A stretch of 64,000 nt of DNA from an uncultured Jatrophihabitans sp. (lineage in GTDB: Bacteria > Actinomycetota > Actinomycetes > Mycobacteriales > Jatrophihabitantaceae): contig CAXTHY010000009.1 in the NCBI GenBank assembly GCA_964244175.1, forward strand, positions 29-64,028. The letters run 5' to 3'. The notes under the pieces were generated by a model, which was not told the DNA's origin, ran no database searches, and saw only the letters and a list, made by a program, of their open reading frames with translations. This document shows positions 45,135 through 53,290 of this stretch, in pieces. The position numbers and the translations under genes were made by a program. Position 1 is the stretch's first letter. Each line of letters begins with the position of its first letter.

Positions 45135-46313
45135 TCAGCCCGGCAACTTGATCGCCTTGTCGAGGAACTGGTTGTCGACCAGGTCGGACGGCTTGAGCCC
45201 GGCCTTGAGCTTCTTGCCCGACTTCGAGTAGATCGGGGTCAGGATGTCGATCAGGTGTTGCACCCGGGCGGTGTCGAAGTCGCCGAGTGTGCCGCTCTTC
45301 GGGTCGTTGCCGAGGATGCCGAGCTTGGTCATCGTCGACACCGCGTAGCTCGCCACCCCGGGTGTGTAGACCCAGCCGTTGTTGTACGCCTTCACCAGCT
45401 GGAGGATCAGCTTGTTCGTCGCCGTCGGGTCCTTGGCGAAGTCGACGATCGCCTGTTGCATGATCGGCACCAGCTTCGTCAGGCACTTCTTCAAGCCGGG
45501 CAGCGCCGCGGCCCGCACCCCGATCTGCTGCTGGTAGAAGTCGAAGCCGGCATCGGCGATGAGCTGGTACTTCATCGGCTTCATCCAGGCCTTGACCTCG
45601 TGCTGGTAGGTGTAGGGCTCGGACGTGGCGAAGCCCTGCACCGCGAACTGGCCGCGCGAGCCGACGAACTCCGTCGGCGTGCCGTCATACCCACCGTCGA
45701 TCTGGCTCTTCTTCAGGATCCCCTTGCCCACCAGGTAATCCATGTACGCGGCGCCCTGGAAGTACAGCACCTTCGTATTGGTCTTGCCGATGTCGGCGAT
45801 CGTCTTCCAGGTCGGGTGAACCTGTGGCGACCACTGGATGATCTGCGGGCTCTTCTGCAGCCCGGCCAGCACCGCGACCGTTGGCAGCGTGGCCGACAGC
45901 GACACCTGCTCGTCGGTACCGAGGTAGCCGAGCGTGATCGACTTGTCCTTGTACAGCTGCGAGGTGACGGTCTGGAACCCGACCGCCGGACCGCCGGAAC
46001 GGATCTGTACCTTCACCCCGGTCGCGTGCCCGGACGCGTACAGATCACCGGTCACCGATTTCTGCGCGGCGTTGATCGTCGGGTTGGGCCCGACCAGCTG
46101 GTACTGCCCACCGTGTTCGCTCTCGGGGTTCCAGTCGGTCTGGATGCTCACCGTCGCCGGGCAACCGGCCGCCTTGAGGTCGTACTTGGAGGCCGCGGCG
46201 CTCTTCGCCGGTCCAGCGGACTTGGCGGCACTGTTGCACGAGGCCAACAGAACGGCCACGCCGATACACGCCATGGCGCGCGACGCATGTCGCACGGCTC
46301 GGGTTCGGGTCAC
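45135..46313 (-). CDS. ABC transporter substrate-binding lipoprotein (NitT/TauT - NMT1/ThiY-like family)
   Basis: 392 aa from GTG 46313, with GAGGAG upstream. Signal peptide with lipobox LLASC. NMT1-like body. Confidence 0.8.
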   Translation of the reverse strand: MTRTRAVRHASRAMACIGVAVLLASCNSAAKSAGPAKSAAASKYDLKAAGCPATVSIQTDWNPESEHGGQYQLVGPNPTINAAQKSVTGDLYASGHATGVKVQIRSGGPAVGFQTVTSQLYKDKSITLGYLGTDEQVSLSATLPTVAVLAGLQKSPQIIQWSPQVHPTWKTIADIGKTNTKVLYFQGAAYMDYLVGKGILKKSQIDGGYDGTPTEFVGSRGQFAVQGFATSEPYTYQHEVKAWMKPMKYQLIADAGFDFYQQQIGVRAAALPGLKKCLTKLVPIMQQAIVDFAKDPTATNKLILQLVKAYNNGWVYTPGVASYAVSTMTKLGILGNDPKSGTLGDFDTARVQHLIDILTPIYSKSGKKLKAGLKPSDLVDNQFLDKAIKLPG

Positions 46314-46363
46314 ATGTGCTCCTCTGGAAGGTGGCCGGGACGGCCGTGATGGGTGTGCAGTGA

Positions 46364-47242
46364 TCAGCCGCGGTTGGCGTTGTACCAACGGCCGACGACG
46401 CGGTTGTTGAGCCAGCCGAAGATGACGAAGACGGCGACCCCGAGCAGGCTCGAGAGCAGCACCGCGGCGAACAGCGGTGGGAAGTCGACGCGCGAGGTGT
46501 AGACCGAGAGCAGCGTTCCGAGACCGGCCACGCCCTGCTTGAAGTACAGCTCGCCGACGATCGCGCCGATCACTGAAAGCCCTGCGGCCACGCGGAATCC
46601 GGCGAACATCGCCGGCAGCGCGGCCGGCAGCTGCAGCTTGAGCAGTCGGGTCAACCGCCCGGCCTTGTGCAGCGTGAACAACTCGTGCGACCCGCGGTCG
46701 GCCGACTTCAACCCGAACACCGTGTTGGAGACGATCGGGAAGAACGAGATCAGCACGCAGACGACGATGCGGCTCGACAGTCCGTAGCCGAACCAGAAGC
46801 TGATCAGCGGGATGAGGGCCAGCACCGGCACCGTCTGCAGGATGATCGCCCAGGGGAACAGCGACGCCTCGAGCCACTTCGTCTGCGTCATGATCATCGC
46901 CGAGAGCACGCCCAGCACCATCGAGATGCCCAGCCCGATGAAGGTCACCTCGGCCGTGTTGCCCAGCCCGCTGAGCAGTTCGCTGCGGGTGGCCGAGTCG
47001 ACGAAGCCGCGGTCGATCACCTCGTGCGGGGCCGGGAGCTCGAAGCGCAGGTCGGGCTCGAGCACGACGTAGGTGACGAAGTACCAGGCCCCGATGATGA
47101 TCGCGAACACGATCGTCGGGCCGATCATCGATTTGAGCACGGCCCTGACGCTGCGCCTTTTCGCCCGCGGCTGCCGGGTGAGCAGGGCGGTATCTGCCGG
47201 TCCGGGCACGACCGGAGCGTCCTTCTTGACGACGGTGGTCAC
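46364..47242 (-). CDS. ABC transporter permease (NitT/TauT-type)
   Basis: 292 aa from GTG 47242. Six hydrophobic segments. GTGA overlap with the ATPase gene. Confidence 0.85.
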   Translation of the reverse strand: MTTVVKKDAPVVPGPADTALLTRQPRAKRRSVRAVLKSMIGPTIVFAIIIGAWYFVTYVVLEPDLRFELPAPHEVIDRGFVDSATRSELLSGLGNTAEVTFIGLGISMVLGVLSAMIMTQTKWLEASLFPWAIILQTVPVLALIPLISFWFGYGLSSRIVVCVLISFFPIVSNTVFGLKSADRGSHELFTLHKAGRLTRLLKLQLPAALPAMFAGFRVAAGLSVIGAIVGELYFKQGVAGLGTLLSVYTSRVDFPPLFAAVLLSSLLGVAVFVIFGWLNNRVVGRWYNANRG

Positions 47243-47985
47243 GACACGCTCCGTAGGTGGTGGCTGACCTCGCCGGAGAGTTCGGCGAACTCGGCGGTGT
47301 AGCGCAGGTCGGGTTCGCGTGGGTAGGCGAATGGCACGTCGACCTCGGCGACGATGCGACCCGGCCGTCCCGACATCACAACGACCCGGGTCGACAGGAA
47401 CACCGCCTCGGCGACCGAGTGCGTGATGAACAGGCCGGCGAAGCTGCGGGCCGTGAACAGCTTGAGCAACTCGTCGTTCAGGCGTTCGCGGGTGATCTCG
47501 TCGAGTGCGCCGAACGGTTCGTCGAAGAGGAAGATGTCGGGTTCGAGGGTGAGCGAGCGGGCCAGCGAGGTCCGCATCTTCATGCCGCCGGACAGTTCGT
47601 GCGGGAGGTGCTCCTCGAAGCCGGTCAACCCGACGAGCTCGATCGCCTCGTTGGCCCGCTTGCGCCGCTCGGCCTTCGGCACGTCCTCGAGCTCGCAGAA
47701 CAGCTCGATGTTGGCCCGCACCGTCCGCCACGGCAGCAGCGTCGCGTCCTGGAAGACGTAGCCGACGTTACGACCGTTGATCTGCACCTCGCCGCCGGTC
47801 GCCTTGTCGAGACCGCTGGCGATACGCAGCAACGTGCTCTTGCCGCAGCCGGACGGGCCGACGACCGACACGAATTCGCCCGGCCGCACCAGCAGGTCGG
47901 CGTCGGTGAGCGCCACCGTGCCGTCGCGGAACCGCTTGCTGACTCCGGTGAAGCTCATCGCCGGTTCGGCGAGCGCTGTACTCAT
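47239..47985 (-). CDS. ABC transporter ATP-binding protein
   Basis: Walker A GPSGCGKST, signature LSGGMKMR, Walker B IFLFDEPFGALD. ATG 47985 with a GGAGG RBS. ATGA overlap with the amidohydrolase gene. Confidence 0.9.
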   Translation of the reverse strand: MSTALAEPAMSFTGVSKRFRDGTVALTDADLLVRPGEFVSVVGPSGCGKSTLLRIASGLDKATGGEVQINGRNVGYVFQDATLLPWRTVRANIELFCELEDVPKAERRKRANEAIELVGLTGFEEHLPHELSGGMKMRTSLARSLTLEPDIFLFDEPFGALDEITRERLNDELLKLFTARSFAGLFITHSVAEAVFLSTRVVVMSGRPGRIVAEVDVPFAYPREPDLRYTAEFAELSGEVSHHLRSVS

Positions 47986-49202
47986 ACTGGTACCTCCACC
48001 TCGAGTGGGCTGGACAGCTGGGTCTCGACGCGGGTACGCGCGACCAGCCGGCCGGCGCGAAAGACCATCCGTTGCGGGCTGGCGGCGCCGAGCACCTCGT
48101 TGGCGTCCACGGCCTGCACGGCGACGAGGTCGGCCGGACTGCCGGCGGCGATGCCCACGGGGGGTCGTCGCAGCGCCGCCCGCCCGGCCGCGGTCACTGC
48201 ATGCAGCGCTTCGTCGACGAGCAGGTGGCCGTCGGTGACGAGTAGGGCGCCGACCTCGAGCGCGTCGCCCCGACCGACCGGGTGGAAGGCGTCGCGCAGG
48301 TTGTCGCCGCCGGCCGCGACGATCGCGCCGGCGTCGAGCAGCGCGCGCACGGCCGTCAGCCCCCGCGGGGTCGACTGCGGGTGCGCGCGGCCCTGCAGGT
48401 AGAGGTTCGTCTGGGGCAGGGCGACGATCGCGACGCCGGCGGCGGCGATCTTCTCGGCCACCCGGCGCTGGGTCGACATCGGCTGCACGCCGAGGCTCAC
48501 GCAGTGGCTGGCGGTGACCCCGGGCGCGAAGCCGGTGGCGGTGACGAGGTCGGCCAGCCGCTCGAGCGTCAGCATCTCGGGGTTGAGCGTCTCGTCGGTG
48601 TGCAGGTCGAGGGGCACACCGAGCTCGCCGGCGATGTCGAGGCAGGCTCCGACGCCAGCGATCGGATCGGGATCGAGGTGCGGGCAACCGCCCGCGACAT
48701 CGGCCCCCTCGGCCATGGCCCGGCGCAGGTCGAGGCCGGCCGCGCCGGTAAGCGGATGCCCGACGAGCGCGACCAGTTCGAGGTCGACGAGTGGACGCCA
48801 GCGTTCGCGCACCTCGACCAGGGCCTCCAGCGCCCGCAGCCCGAAGGCGTGGCCGATGTTGACGTGGCTGCGCACCGTCGTCGTGCCGAACGCCAGGTGC
48901 AGGCGCAACGCTGCCTCGGCCCGCGCGACGAAGTCGGCGTGCGTGAACGTCTCGGCGATCTCGCCCATCGCGATGATCGCGCCGAGCAGATCGCCGGTCG
49001 GATTCACCGAGCGCGACACCGTCAGCGCCTTGTCCAGGTGCGCGTGCGGCTCGACGAACGACGGCATCAGCACGTACCCGTCGAGGTCGATCACCTCGGT
49101 GCCGGCCGCGGCGGAACCGACCCCCGCGATCCGGCCGTCGGCCAGCGTCACGTCGGCGACCGTGCCGTCGAGCAGCCGCGCGTTGCGCAGCACCGTCGTC
49201 AT
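47982..49202 (-). CDS. Metal-dependent amidohydrolase, CodA (cytosine deaminase)-like
   Basis: 406 aa from ATG 49202. Motifs: FVEPHAHLDK (HxH), LHTDE, ASHCVSL, GGDNLRD. ATGA overlap with the upstream gene. Confidence 0.8.
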   Translation of the reverse strand: MTTVLRNARLLDGTVADVTLADGRIAGVGSAAAGTEVIDLDGYVLMPSFVEPHAHLDKALTVSRSVNPTGDLLGAIIAMGEIAETFTHADFVARAEAALRLHLAFGTTTVRSHVNIGHAFGLRALEALVEVRERWRPLVDLELVALVGHPLTGAAGLDLRRAMAEGADVAGGCPHLDPDPIAGVGACLDIAGELGVPLDLHTDETLNPEMLTLERLADLVTATGFAPGVTASHCVSLGVQPMSTQRRVAEKIAAAGVAIVALPQTNLYLQGRAHPQSTPRGLTAVRALLDAGAIVAAGGDNLRDAFHPVGRGDALEVGALLVTDGHLLVDEALHAVTAAGRAALRRPPVGIAAGSPADLVAVQAVDANEVLGAASPQRMVFRAGRLVARTRVETQLSSPLEVEVPV

Positions 49203-50233
49203 GTCAGCACCGGATGCGGTTGCTGTGCGCGGACCGCGACTGCGATCTCGGCCAGTGCGCCGGCCGTGGCCAGTTCGTCGCCGGGTTGGGTCCCACCGGA
49301 CAGGTTGACGCCGTCGACGCCCGGCATGGCCAGCATCTGCAGGCTGAGCTCCACGGCGGCCGCGACACCGGCCGCCCTTGGATCGGCGGCGGCGACGATG
49401 CCCTCGACGTAGCCGGTCGGCACCCGCCCGGCCGCGAACGACAGCAGGACCAACGCAGTGGCTTGGTTCAACACGAAGGGGACGCAGGCCAGCACGGTGC
49501 CGGCGAATCCGGCCGCACGCAGTTCGGCAGTCGCGTCCGCCACGTGCGTCGGGCCACCGCAGTGATCGACGAACACGGTGTCGGCGCCGGCGGCGATCTT
49601 GGCGAGCAACCGCGGCAGGCGGATGGCGGCCGGCGGCACGTCCGGCGCGTGAGCCACCGAGCATGGCCGTCCGCGATCGGCCGCGAACTCGATCAGCTCG
49701 ACCGAGTCCAGGTCGAAGACCGGCGCGGCGTCGGGTCGCAGGCCCAGCGCCGGGTGGTCACCGGTGACGCAGTGTAGGCCCGCGGCGCCGGCATCCAGGC
49801 ACGCCGCGATCTCGCCTTCGAGCGCGACGCGGTTGCGGTCGCGGCAGTTCAGCCCGACCCAGGCGGGCACTCCGGCGTCGGCGAGCAGGCGCGCACGGTA
49901 GGACGGCGGGAACTGCACCCGGGCGCCGCCGTGATCGCCGGTCAGGACCGCATCGACGGTGCCGGTGAGGACACCGGCCACCTCGCGCAGGGACGTCGAC
50001 GACAGCGGTGCGGCCGGGAGATCCACGACCACCAGCGGGCGGTTGGGCGGCGGGCGGCCGGTAACGGTCGTGGCGTCATACGGCCACAGGTCGGCCGGCA
50101 GCTCGATGAAGGTGCAGCGTCCGATACCCGGAACCTCGCAGTCGCCGGCCGGCGTCACGCCGGCGCAGGGGCCGTTGGCCATCGATTTCGGGCAGCGCGC
50201 GGCGGCGTCGACCCAGTCGTCCGCCCGCTGCAC
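49199..50233 (-). CDS. Fusion of a MetV-type Cys-rich motif (MTHFR C-terminal-domain family) with a methylenetetrahydrofolate-reductase-like barrel
   Basis: N-terminus CPKSMANGPCAG...GDCEV...GRCTF (four Cys in 27 residues, CPKxMxNGPC motif), followed by a MetF-like region (LTGDHGG, GLNCRDRN, HCVTGDHP). First gene of a 5-gene operon. Confidence 0.65.
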   Translation of the reverse strand: MQRADDWVDAAARCPKSMANGPCAGVTPAGDCEVPGIGRCTFIELPADLWPYDATTVTGRPPPNRPLVVVDLPAAPLSSTSLREVAGVLTGTVDAVLTGDHGGARVQFPPSYRARLLADAGVPAWVGLNCRDRNRVALEGEIAACLDAGAAGLHCVTGDHPALGLRPDAAPVFDLDSVELIEFAADRGRPCSVAHAPDVPPAAIRLPRLLAKIAAGADTVFVDHCGGPTHVADATAELRAAGFAGTVLACVPFVLNQATALVLLSFAAGRVPTGYVEGIVAAADPRAAGVAAAVELSLQMLAMPGVDGVNLSGGTQPGDELATAGALAEIAVAVRAQQPHPVLT

Positions 50234-50277
50234 GGCACCAATTTCTGTCGCGGCTGTCGACAGCGGGTTTCCCGGTC

Positions 50278-50736
50278 ATGAACAGTGCGTTTCGCCCCCC
50301 GCGGCGGGCGGATATGGTCGCGGTCGTGGAGGACGTCGACCGCACGCAGCGACCGGTCATGCCGCCGACCATCGCGCCGCCGGCGGCGCGCTATGCGCAC
50401 GCCATCCTGGTCACCAACCCGACGCGCTGGCTGCACTCGTCCGGGGTGGTGCCGATTACGCCGGACGCGACGGTGCCGGCCGGGGTCGCGGCCCAGGCCG
50501 AGGTCGTCTGGACGAACATCGCCGCGATCCTCGACGACGCCGACATGGGACCGGCCGACATCGTCAGCGTCACGACCTACGTGGTGGCCGAGGCGATGGG
50601 CGACGGATTGGGTGAGGCGATGGCCGCGCGTGATCGTTTCCTCGGTGGCCGGCTGGTGGCCAGCACACTGGTGACCGTGCCGGCCCTGGCCCAGCCGGCC
50701 TGGCTGATCGAGATCGCCGTCGTCGCTGCGTCCTGA
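50278..50736 (+). CDS. RidA/YjgF-like family protein
   Basis: YAHAILVTNPTRWLHSSGVVP...EVVWTNIAAILDDADMGPADIVSVTTYV. Start uncertain, with several in-frame ATGs between 50278 and 50358. Confidence 0.7.
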   Translation: MNSAFRPPRRADMVAVVEDVDRTQRPVMPPTIAPPAARYAHAILVTNPTRWLHSSGVVPITPDATVPAGVAAQAEVVWTNIAAILDDADMGPADIVSVTTYVVAEAMGDGLGEAMAARDRFLGGRLVASTLVTVPALAQPAWLIEIAVVAAS

Positions 50737-50758
50737 GACCTATCGTCTCGCGAGCGGG

Positions 50759-51277
50759 TCAACGCCGGCGGCGTTTGATCTCGGGATCCTGGCCCACCAA
50801 CGCCTTCTCGAGCAGGGTGGCCAGCGTCGAGCGCTCGGCATCGGTGAGCGGCGCGAAGATCCCGGCCTCCTCGCTCTCGGCGTCGAGCACCGCGCGCCGG
50901 AACAGCTCCCACCCCGCCCGCGTCAGCGACACCACCATGCGCGTGCGGTTCTGCGGGTCGGGTGATCGCTCGACCAGCCCGCGCTCGACCATCCGATCGA
51001 GGCGGTGCGTCATCGTCGACGCCGATACCCCGGCCGCGTCGGCGAGCAGGGACGGATGCGAGCTCCCACCGCGGCCCTCCATCGCCAGCGCCTGCAGCAC
51101 CGGCCACTCCGTCCGCGAGATGTCGATCTCGTCGAAACGCTTGGTGTAGAAGACATCCAGGCGCCGCGACAGCCGCGACAGGGCGGTGACAATCCGTTGC
51201 ACCGTCTCGGCCGCGCCGGCCTCGGTGTACACCCGGACGGCGCGCTCGTACTCGGCCCAGGGCGTGCGGCGCGTCAT
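50759..51277 (-). CDS. MarR family transcriptional regulator
   Basis: 172 aa. wHTH region (WPVLQALAMEGRGGSSHPSLLADAAGVSASTMTHRLDRMVERGLVER). Divergent from an MFS gene. Confidence 0.9.
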   Translation of the reverse strand: MTRRTPWAEYERAVRVYTEAGAAETVQRIVTALSRLSRRLDVFYTKRFDEIDISRTEWPVLQALAMEGRGGSSHPSLLADAAGVSASTMTHRLDRMVERGLVERSPDPQNRTRMVVSLTRAGWELFRRAVLDAESEEAGIFAPLTDAERSTLATLLEKALVGQDPEIKRRRR

Positions 51278-51369
51278 TCCCGAACCCTACGGGCCCCCGC
51301 GACAAGCGTGGTGAACGCCGTCACCTTCGCCCCGGCCGGTGGAACATCCTCGACCCCCGTCAAGTTATC

Positions 51370-51388
51370 TTCGATATCGAAGTTCGAA
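51370..51388. promoter_or_regulatory. Candidate MarR operator
   Basis: Perfect palindrome TTCGATATCGAA (51370-51381) followed by TTCGAA (51383-51388), in an AT-rich marR/MFS divergent region. Confidence 0.4.
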
Positions 51389-51421
51389 ATAAAAGTCTTT
51401 CTATGTGAAGTGGGTTGTGTC

Positions 51422-52645
51422 ATGCGTTCCACCCACCGCCGACTGGCGGTGCTTCTGCTCGGTGCGTCCCTCGGCGCGGTCGGCTGGGGAGCCGTCCTGC
51501 CGTTCCTGTACGCCGATATCGCCGACGCCCGGCACCTCGGCGCATCCGTCGCCGCCGTGACGTTCTCGGCGTTCGCGCTCGGCGCGTTGCTGGCCGCACC
51601 GCTGGCCGGGCGCCTCGCCGACCGCGCCCGGCCGGTCCGGGTCGCGACGGCGGCGCGACTGGCCCTGGTGCTCGCGATCGCCGGATTGATGTACGCCGGC
51701 ACCGCCGCGCAGCTGTGGGTATCGGCGTTCGCCTACGGCGCCGCGCTGGCCACCGTCCAGCCCTCGATCTCGGTGATGATCCTGGCGCTCACCCCGGCGC
51801 ACCGCCGCCGCGACACCTTTGCCTGGCAATTCATCGGGCAGAACCTCGGCCTGGCGCTCGGCGGCTTCGTCGGCGGCTACCTCGTGAACCTGGACAGCCC
51901 GACCGGCTCGCGGCCGGCCTACGCTTTCGCCGCCGTGTGCAGCCTGGCCAGCGCCGGGCTGGTCGCGGTCAGCGGACGACGCGCCGTACGGTCGCACCTC
52001 GCCGTCGACGAGCCGTCGGCCGAGGCCGGCTACCGCGCCGTGCTGCGCTCCCCTGGCGTGCGCTGGCTGCTGGCCGTGACAGGCTTGCTGACCCTGGCCT
52101 GTTACGCCCAGTTCGACTCGGGCCTGCCCGCGTACGCGCTCAGCGTCCTGCACGTCGCACCCACCACGCTCGGCACGGCGGTCGCGATCAACGCGATCCT
52201 GGTCGCCGCGCTCACTGCCCCCGTCGTCCGCGCGACCCGCGACATCGCCCCGGCCAGACTGCTTGCCACCTGCGCCGTGATCTGGATCGGCGTGTGGCTG
52301 GTGCTCGCCGCCCCGATGCTCGACCTTGCGCCCGCGTCAACTCTGGTGATCGCCGGGTACGCGCTGTTCAGCGTCGGCGAGACGATGCTGGCGCCGGTCC
52401 TGACGCCGCTGGCCGCCGCCCTCGCCCCACCGGGTGCGACCGGGCGCACGCTCGCCGCGCTGAGCGGCGCGCAGACGCTGGCCACCGCGGTCGGGCCGGG
52501 GCTGTCCGGGTTGCTGCTCGGCTTGGGGATGCCGGTCGGGTTCGTCGCACTGCAGCTGGCCTGCTGTCTGCTCGCCATCGCCGGCGCCCGCCGGCTCGGG
52601 CGTACCGACGGCGTCCGGCGTCGTGAGGTCGCACTCGTCGCCTGA
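51422..52645 (+). CDS. MFS transporter (12-TMS type)
   Basis: 407 aa from ATG 51422. Hydrophobic throughout (LAVLLLGASLGAVGWGAVLPFLYADI..., GRLADRARP loop). Confidence 0.8.
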   Translation: MRSTHRRLAVLLLGASLGAVGWGAVLPFLYADIADARHLGASVAAVTFSAFALGALLAAPLAGRLADRARPVRVATAARLALVLAIAGLMYAGTAAQLWVSAFAYGAALATVQPSISVMILALTPAHRRRDTFAWQFIGQNLGLALGGFVGGYLVNLDSPTGSRPAYAFAAVCSLASAGLVAVSGRRAVRSHLAVDEPSAEAGYRAVLRSPGVRWLLAVTGLLTLACYAQFDSGLPAYALSVLHVAPTTLGTAVAINAILVAALTAPVVRATRDIAPARLLATCAVIWIGVWLVLAAPMLDLAPASTLVIAGYALFSVGETMLAPVLTPLAAALAPPGATGRTLAALSGAQTLATAVGPGLSGLLLGLGMPVGFVALQLACCLLAIAGARRLGRTDGVRRREVALVA

Positions 52646-52714
52646 CCCTGATTACTCGAACCGGCCCTGTGGACAACCGCGATGCGGGTCGTCCGCCGGG
52701 TCAGGATCGGTCGC

Positions 52715-53248
52715 ATGACCAAGTCGTTCGAAGCCGTCATCCGTACCGAAGCCGACCTGCACGCCCTGTGGCGCAAGCTGATGGGGCACGACGGCTTCTC
52801 GATGCGCAGCCTGTGGTTGATCTTCCTGGAACAGGACGGGCGGACGCAGCCGCTCATCGTGCCCATCGACGATTTGCCCGATGAGCCCCATCAAGGATTT
52901 CTCGACGGGCTGCGCCGCATCGTCAGCGGGCTGATCACCGAGGGCGTGGCGGCGTCGGTCGCGGTGCTGCTGTCGCGCCCGGGGCACGGCCCGATGACCG
53001 AGGCCGACCGCCGCTGGGCCCGCGGGTTGCGCGCGACGCTCGGCTCCGAGTTCGGCCGCTGGCCGGTGCACCTGGCCACCCACGATCAGGTCCGCGTCTT
53101 CGCTCCGACTCGGTCCGACGCGGCGGCGCTCGCCCCCGACCGCCCCGCCCCTGCGCCCCCGATCCGTCCGTCCCCCTTCTCGGGTGCCGAGATGACCACT
53201 TTCTCGCCCGAATACTGGTCAACTGAGCACCCGACAAGGGCCGGATGA
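52715..53248 (+). CDS. Hypothetical protein whose last ~25 codons lie in a palindromic repeat copy
   Basis: MTKSFEAVIRTEADLHALWRKLMGHDGF...HLATHDQVRVFAP has good codon bias. The frame then reads through repeat-derived sequence (FSGAEMTTFSPEYWSTEHPTRAG). No family recognised. Confidence 0.5.
   Translation: MTKSFEAVIRTEADLHALWRKLMGHDGFSMRSLWLIFLEQDGRTQPLIVPIDDLPDEPHQGFLDGLRRIVSGLITEGVAASVAVLLSRPGHGPMTEADRRWARGLRATLGSEFGRWPVHLATHDQVRVFAPTRSDAAALAPDRPAPAPPIRPSPFSGAEMTTFSPEYWSTEHPTRAG
53176..53238. repeat. Degenerate copy of the 13309-13371 palindromic element
   Basis: The left arm CTTCTCGGGTGCCGAGATGACCACTTT has 2 mismatches to the 13309 copy. The right arm ATACTGGTCAACTGAGCACCCGACAAG has 5 mismatches. 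The arms no longer pair perfectly. Confidence 0.7.
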
Positions 53249-53290
53249 TCTCGACACCGGCCGCCCCCATCCGGCGGCCGGGTCAACCGA

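Noticed and set aside
45135-49664. Long N-terminal extensions of the four ABC and amidohydrolase ORFs (45135..46877, 46364..47731, 47239..48687, 47982..49664)
   Set aside because: Each extension overlaps the preceding gene out of frame and is Arg/Pro-rich. Internal starts with RBS-like sequences and 4-nt stop/start overlaps give proteins of canonical length.
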